The notes under the pieces were generated by a model. That model ran no database searches. It was not told where the DNA came from and saw only the letters and a list, made by a program, of their open reading frames with translations. A stretch of DNA of 62,391 bases, filler included, from Perkinsus olseni (lineage: Eukaryota): the NCBI GenBank assembly GCA_013115125.1. It is 4 parts of 4 records of this genome, joined end to end, with 100 filler letters (N's around TTAATTAATTAA, not from the genome) between each part and the next. Parts side by side here need not be neighbours in the genome. Positions count along the whole stretch, not along the records: positions 46,952 to 62,391 come from JABANN010000700.1; 3 more parts are not named here. One strand, 5' to 3'. Position numbers and translations under genes: made by a program. Positions within the stretch are counted from its first letter, which is position 1, and every line of letters starts with the position of its first letter. Of this stretch, positions 53,112 to 62,391 are shown piece after piece.

Positions 53112-54273
53112 ATGCAGCCAGCCGCTGGGCAAATCATCCATCCCGCACAACCGTCTCTGTGTCAGAAGCCTCCTCTTCTTCTACGCCTCCAGATACCTCC
53201 TCCTCCCTTGTTGGCGAGACCTCAGCTGGCTGAGTTTCCGGTTCAACCTATCGAATGTTGAATCCCGAGAAGGCGAGAAATTGAGTACTCACCTCAGGCG
53301 GCGTGCTCGACGATGGTGAGGTAGTTGCCGCGGGAATGGGGGGAGCCAGCCCGATGGCCGCGTCAGGAACCAAGTAGAGGTTGGACTCCACAGGCGACCC
53401 ACTACGAGATGACTCGGCGCCAGAACTCGAAGGCCCGAGAAGACCGTGCATCCTCACCTGACGCTGATGAAGTGACCGCCGCTCTGACCAGCACACGTAC
53501 GAATTGGGTGAAGCGCGCGCACATCCTGCTTTGGCTCTCAACCTTGAAGAACACTGCTCGATGGTGATGGAAGAGATGCCCGAAGATACGATAGAGGCGA
53601 CGGTACAGAGTCGGGATAAACTGAAGGCTTGCGGTAGAGCACCACTCGTTGGAGCAGTCCGCTCAAGGCCAACTGCCGGTCGGAACTCATTACCTTCAGG
53701 CTGGCTTGTGGGACCTTGGTTCTCTCAGGGAAGTTCTTGGAGCTCAGAATGAGGTTAGTAGAGCCGTCCACTGTATGTACCATGTAGTCGATAGCACAGC
53801 ACTAAACGAGGAGGACCGGGTGAATGACCCTGGGTCCGTTATGGCACTGCTCGTTATGGCAAGAGAAAAGACGACAGAACGGTTGAGATGACAGCCGCTA
53901 GAAGAGTACTACATCCATCGGCTTCCTGTGGGCAGCGCAAAGGAAATGCCACTCGTCAGTGGCGCTCATCCTCGGGCAGGTCTCCTCATTGCATTCATGC
54001 TGGACCTCCGCGATGACCCTGTTGAACTCGACCATGAACTCCCTAACGCAGGATGTCAGTCAGTTAGCCGGCATCCCAGCGGACTGTGAAAGCTCGGTGG
54101 ATCCACCAAAAGCCACCGAGGAGCCGATCAAGCACGATCGCTTCAGAAGCACCCGGTTTGTCAGACATGATATAGCGCTGTCAAGCCCGAAACTGTACTC
54201 GTTAAAGCGAACACAAGTGGTCACGTACGTTGGTTCCCTCGGTGGGCGTTCCACGCCATCCCCCGCCCTATAA
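53112..54273 (+). CDS. Hypothetical multi-exon protein; start approximate
   Basis: Series of plus-strand exons with GT-AG boundaries (LALNLEEHCSMVMEEMPEDTIEAT|AGLWDLGSLREVLGAQNE|...VSSLHSCWTSAMTLLNSTMNSL). Confidence 0.45.
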
Positions 54274-55065
54274 ACGCCATTTACGTCACGTAAATTACGT
54301 GTATTGCTCCGCATGCGACTATCACAACGGGAAGGGTCGCGCTATCTCAGACCCGAACTTGCGGCGCTGATACCTCACCTTATGTTCTCGACACACCAGA
54401 GAGATGGGCTGACTCCGGAAGGTACGCGACACAGTTCGATGAGCGCTGGCAGAGTCGGGTCGCGAACTGACAACAAGTTCTGCAATTCCACATGCCCAGC
54501 CGAGATCCAGTCGGATATGAGTGACCAGCGGCCCCATACTACGGAAGGCCCGTATTCGTCCTTTCAAGTACTCTCCTACGGCCAGTGGCCGCTCGTCCGT
54601 CAGAACCAAGTCCGGCTCTCCTCCGTGAAGAAAGTCGCACCTGAACCCACGAACCTGTCGAGTCCAAGACGCTAGCCGTACATGAAAGAGTGCGCTTCCA
54701 CTACCGCCCTATAGAACCTATAGGGCGCCAGTGGGCGCGAATCTTTAGTATAGATGCCTAAGGAAGGACCGTAGGCCACACCGAGGGGGTGTAGCGTAAT
54801 TCGGATGATGCTAGCATCAGTTCCCGGCACGACGACTACCTCTTCTGTCCAGGTAGAACTATCTCTCCGTAATGGCCTCCGCTGTTCATAGTAGTCGCCG
54901 CGGTCGAAGCCATCTTCAAAAATCAAACGCCGGTTTACCTAGCCGAACGCGGCCCAAAGCTACCACGCGATGCACTCCCCTCGGTACAGTTACCAACACA
55001 ACACTACGAGCTGAGGAAGCTTAAATACTCACAGATACAGCGCGGTGTTTTGTGAACCACACGAT

Positions 55066-57261
55066 TCACGCTCCTTTAGTCTTCCCCTCATTCTCCTTAG
55101 CCTTCGGGCCTCCATTGCCGAAGAGCATCGTGGTTGTCTTGGTGTACAGGGAGTCCACTACGTTCGAGCAAGCATCGATGGTCGCTGACATGAAAGCAGA
55201 TCATCATCGACTCGTCCCAACTTCCATCCAGATTGTCGACACAGCAGCTAAGGAGTAGCTGGACGAGCACCCGACGAAGCCATCCCGCCCCCATCACCTA
55301 GTGCGTCATCATACATGCTAGTACTCTCCTCCGCCTTCCGTTTCTGCACTCTCTCAACCTGAAAACCCCAACCTGACCTCAGCCCGCGGCTGACAGCTGC
55401 TACCTCTAACTCATCGTAAACCACCAATACACCGATTCCCTGATCCAGAGTGCCCAAGAGGGTCTCGTCGAGGATCATCTCCGACAACCTGGTGAGGCGG
55501 TTAGGCAGAGCGACAACCCCAAGCAATGCCTACTTCTTCTGCACACGGGCGAGTGGCAGATCGATAAGTTCGGCCACGTGCTGGATTTCAATGCGATCAA
55601 AGGGTTCTGCATATGGCATGTGACTATCGACCAGCTAGTGCTCCTCGGAGGGAAGGCTACCTATTATTTTGAGTAAGTTTTGCTCCAACAGGCTCTCGTT
55701 AAGCTCCGTCAAATGGTACTTCAAAACAGCATCATCATCCATCAGCTCCTTTTTGTATCTACAACGCATGAGTAGGTGTAGACAGCAGCGACCGGCGGCA
55801 ACATGGTTCGCTGACACTTTAAATATTCCATCCCACTTACTCTTCCATAGTATGTTCGAAATCATGTAAGCTCCTCTGCTTATGTGCTTTAGCTACCATC
55901 TCGAGTCCCTCAAAGCATCTTCCTTCACCGTATCTTACAAGGAGCAACGTACCACACCATCACAGAATCGATGTCCACACCCAATACTACTTAAGGCCAG
56001 CCTTGCCCTTGAGAATATTGAAGACCTCTCCCGGCTGGTCCCCCATTATCCGCGAAAGTACCATATACCTGTGTAGAGTTGCAACGCGCCAGAGTTGTCC
56101 TCCATGTACTACTTCAAAGACTGCTCGGCTCTCCTCCGATCATGCTGGAGATTGAAGGCTTCGAAGGCCTCATAGAAGTACGAGTATCCTGTACGATAAT
56201 CCTGAAGGGTATAAATGATAGACGTTGTAAAGAGACTAACAGAGACTACATTCTCTCGGCAGCTTATAACGCCACTGAGCAAGTCCATTTCAGCCTGCAT
56301 CAGAGGAGGACAGTGGATGGCATTGGCATTGGTCTTGGCAGCGGTAAGGGAGGCCTTGGCTCTTGGTATATTTTGAAGGGCAAAGTGGACCTACTCGGGA
56401 GGGTGTCATCGCATGCAAGCGCGGAACGACGCGCATCCCTACCTTAGTCTCGATGACGTGGATCTCCACCAGTAGCAGTTTATCGTCAATCTTCTTAACT
56501 TCCTTCACCAACCCCGTGAGGATCTCCAGCGCTTTGTTATACCTTGGGAAGTGAGCTCTAACCGGCATGGAACCCACCCCTGGCTACTACTGGTGAATCT
56601 GCAGCTCCAAATCCGCCAGTCGTGTCTCCACCCGGTGTCTTAGAAAACTACGCTTCCCTTCTCGACACCACTCAATGCACTCCTCGCAGGCCTTTATTTG
56701 GAGGTCGGTCGCGCCTGAGCGAACCACGACAGTGGTGATCAGGTATCGAGGGACCTTGAGCGACCATGATATTACCATCAATCTCGGCTAGTTTGTCTAT
56801 AAGTGTCCTGACTATCTTAGCTGTTTTTGCCTTAGCCATCAAAGTCAACACAGGACGCAACTCCTTCTGCAGCCCGACTGAGCATCAATGGCATACCGAA
56901 CGGTACAGTCAGCCGATCAATCACGTACAAAGTCTCTGAGAGTCCTTCTTGGCTACGAGACAGTCGGCCATCCCATAGATAGAGTTCTCGGCCCACTTCA
57001 CAGCATCAGCACTCGGGTCGGTCTCAAGATTGGCTATGATCTTCTCGAACCTGATGGCCCGATCGATCCCCTTCGCCTCGTTCGTCCCCTTCTGGTCACT
57101 CTCGAATCACATCCCCACCAGGCCCCATACTACATGGTGATAGCCTTATCCTTGTCTCCCTTTGCTGACACTTCCTTCGCTTCCTCGTATGCAAGCTGCA
57201 AAGCACTCTTCTCAGGCTCCTGCGAGTCCAAGTCCATCGGCTCCGGTGATTCGCTCGACAT
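55066..57261 (-). CDS. RPN6: 26S proteasome lid subunit Rpn6 (PSMD11)
   Basis: KAKTAKIVRTLID, CIEWCREGKRSFLRHRVE, KEVKKIDDKLLLVEIHVIE, DYRTGYSYFYEAFE, LLEQNLLKII, LSEMILDETLLGTLDQGIGVL (PCI domain). Confidence 0.96.
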
Positions 57262-57639
57262 AACACTGATACTCACCCAAGAGAAAAAACTCCAATCGAT
57301 CGTCCCTCACAATGCGCCCATATCGACTAGGCTCCCTGCCAGCAAGGCTGAACCTTCACTCAACTCAATCCTCGAATGAACTCGAAACGTCTCAGTAGTA
57401 TCTCTAGTGAGTACATTAACGTTACAGAAGTTGTTAGGAACACCACCGCTGGTTCTATAGTGACAATGAAGGAATACAGCCAAGCGGCAGCGGAGTATTG
57501 AGAGTAGCAGCAGTACCAAATAAACAGCCATCGGGAAGGCTCAAATGAACGGCGGAAGAAGGATACCGCACTCAGTTGCAGCGATGACAGCATACGGGTG
57601 AACATGCAGGGGATGTGGTGCCCCTCAAGTAGAAAGACT

Positions 57640-61922
<4,283 letters not shown>

Positions 61923-62391
61923 TCATCAACACCTACACAGCCGTCTCATAACCCTCCAAAGATATAGAACAGGTTATGGTTCCCAGCTCGTCAAAGTAAA
62001 GTCATGTGCTGACTCCGAGGAGAGAGATCGATCAGAATGGCGAGCGCGATGGCTTCTACGCATCGGGCTCTTCCCGATTTTACCCAAACCCGGATTTAAC
62101 CAACCCGAAAGAGCGCGCCAATGTAATCGATAAATTAATCGTTGGCATTTATTTACCCAATCGCTGTTTTATCCAATTTGCTATATATTTTCATCGTCCG
62201 GCTGTAAATGCCAAGTATTTCTCTTGAGAGTCTATGGTGTGGACGTTAGTGTGATGAGACCGAAGACAGTCTCATAGATGAGCCGCTTCCCTCTCGTGTT
62301 GGGATGCGCATCTCTGTTGCTACTGGTGTCTCAGCTGGTGTTCGACGTCCCCGCCGTTACTGGTCGTCAGGTAGGGTCTGTGGCGTGCGCA

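Overview
Eukaryotic, intron-dense genomic DNA with mostly 35-60 nt GT-AG introns. Flagellar genes (IFT121/WDR35, TTC29) and an SF-assemblin point to a flagellated alveolate, most likely Perkinsus; this is an inference. The window is not one locus. It is four unrelated ~15.5 kb contigs (1-15673, 15774-31309, 31410-46851, 46952-62391, in descending length) joined by artificial N-TTAATTAATTAA-N linkers. About 20 spliced genes are recognisable: a GLTSCR1-domain protein, an RlmD/RumA-like protein, a UBA2-like two-RRM protein, TTC29, a cyclophilin, a COPI-associated membrane protein, a CWC25/Slu7-like protein, RPS15, RPL6, TAPT1, SF-assemblin, a syntaxin, WDR35, a TBC RabGAP, a metaxin-like protein, a DEAD-box/ankyrin/RING protein, RPN6 and AlaRS. 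Gene coordinates are whole-gene spans including introns, and some ends are approximate. Five observations stand out. (1) A 22-nt double-palindrome scar of fixed geometry, 8-mer[1-7] + revcomp(8-mer) + 8-mer[2-8], occurs at four unrelated non-coding sites and matches the footprint predicted for hairpin-forming hAT transposon excision. (2) An RlmD homologue with a probable mitochondrial presequence keeps its Fe-S ligands but has lost its catalytic residues. (3) An unidentified, highly structured ~250-nt candidate RNA lies between 14-bp direct repeats. (4) A DEAD-box helicase is probably fused to ankyrin and RING domains. (5) Two decayed, inverted copies of a coding repeat bracket contig 1.
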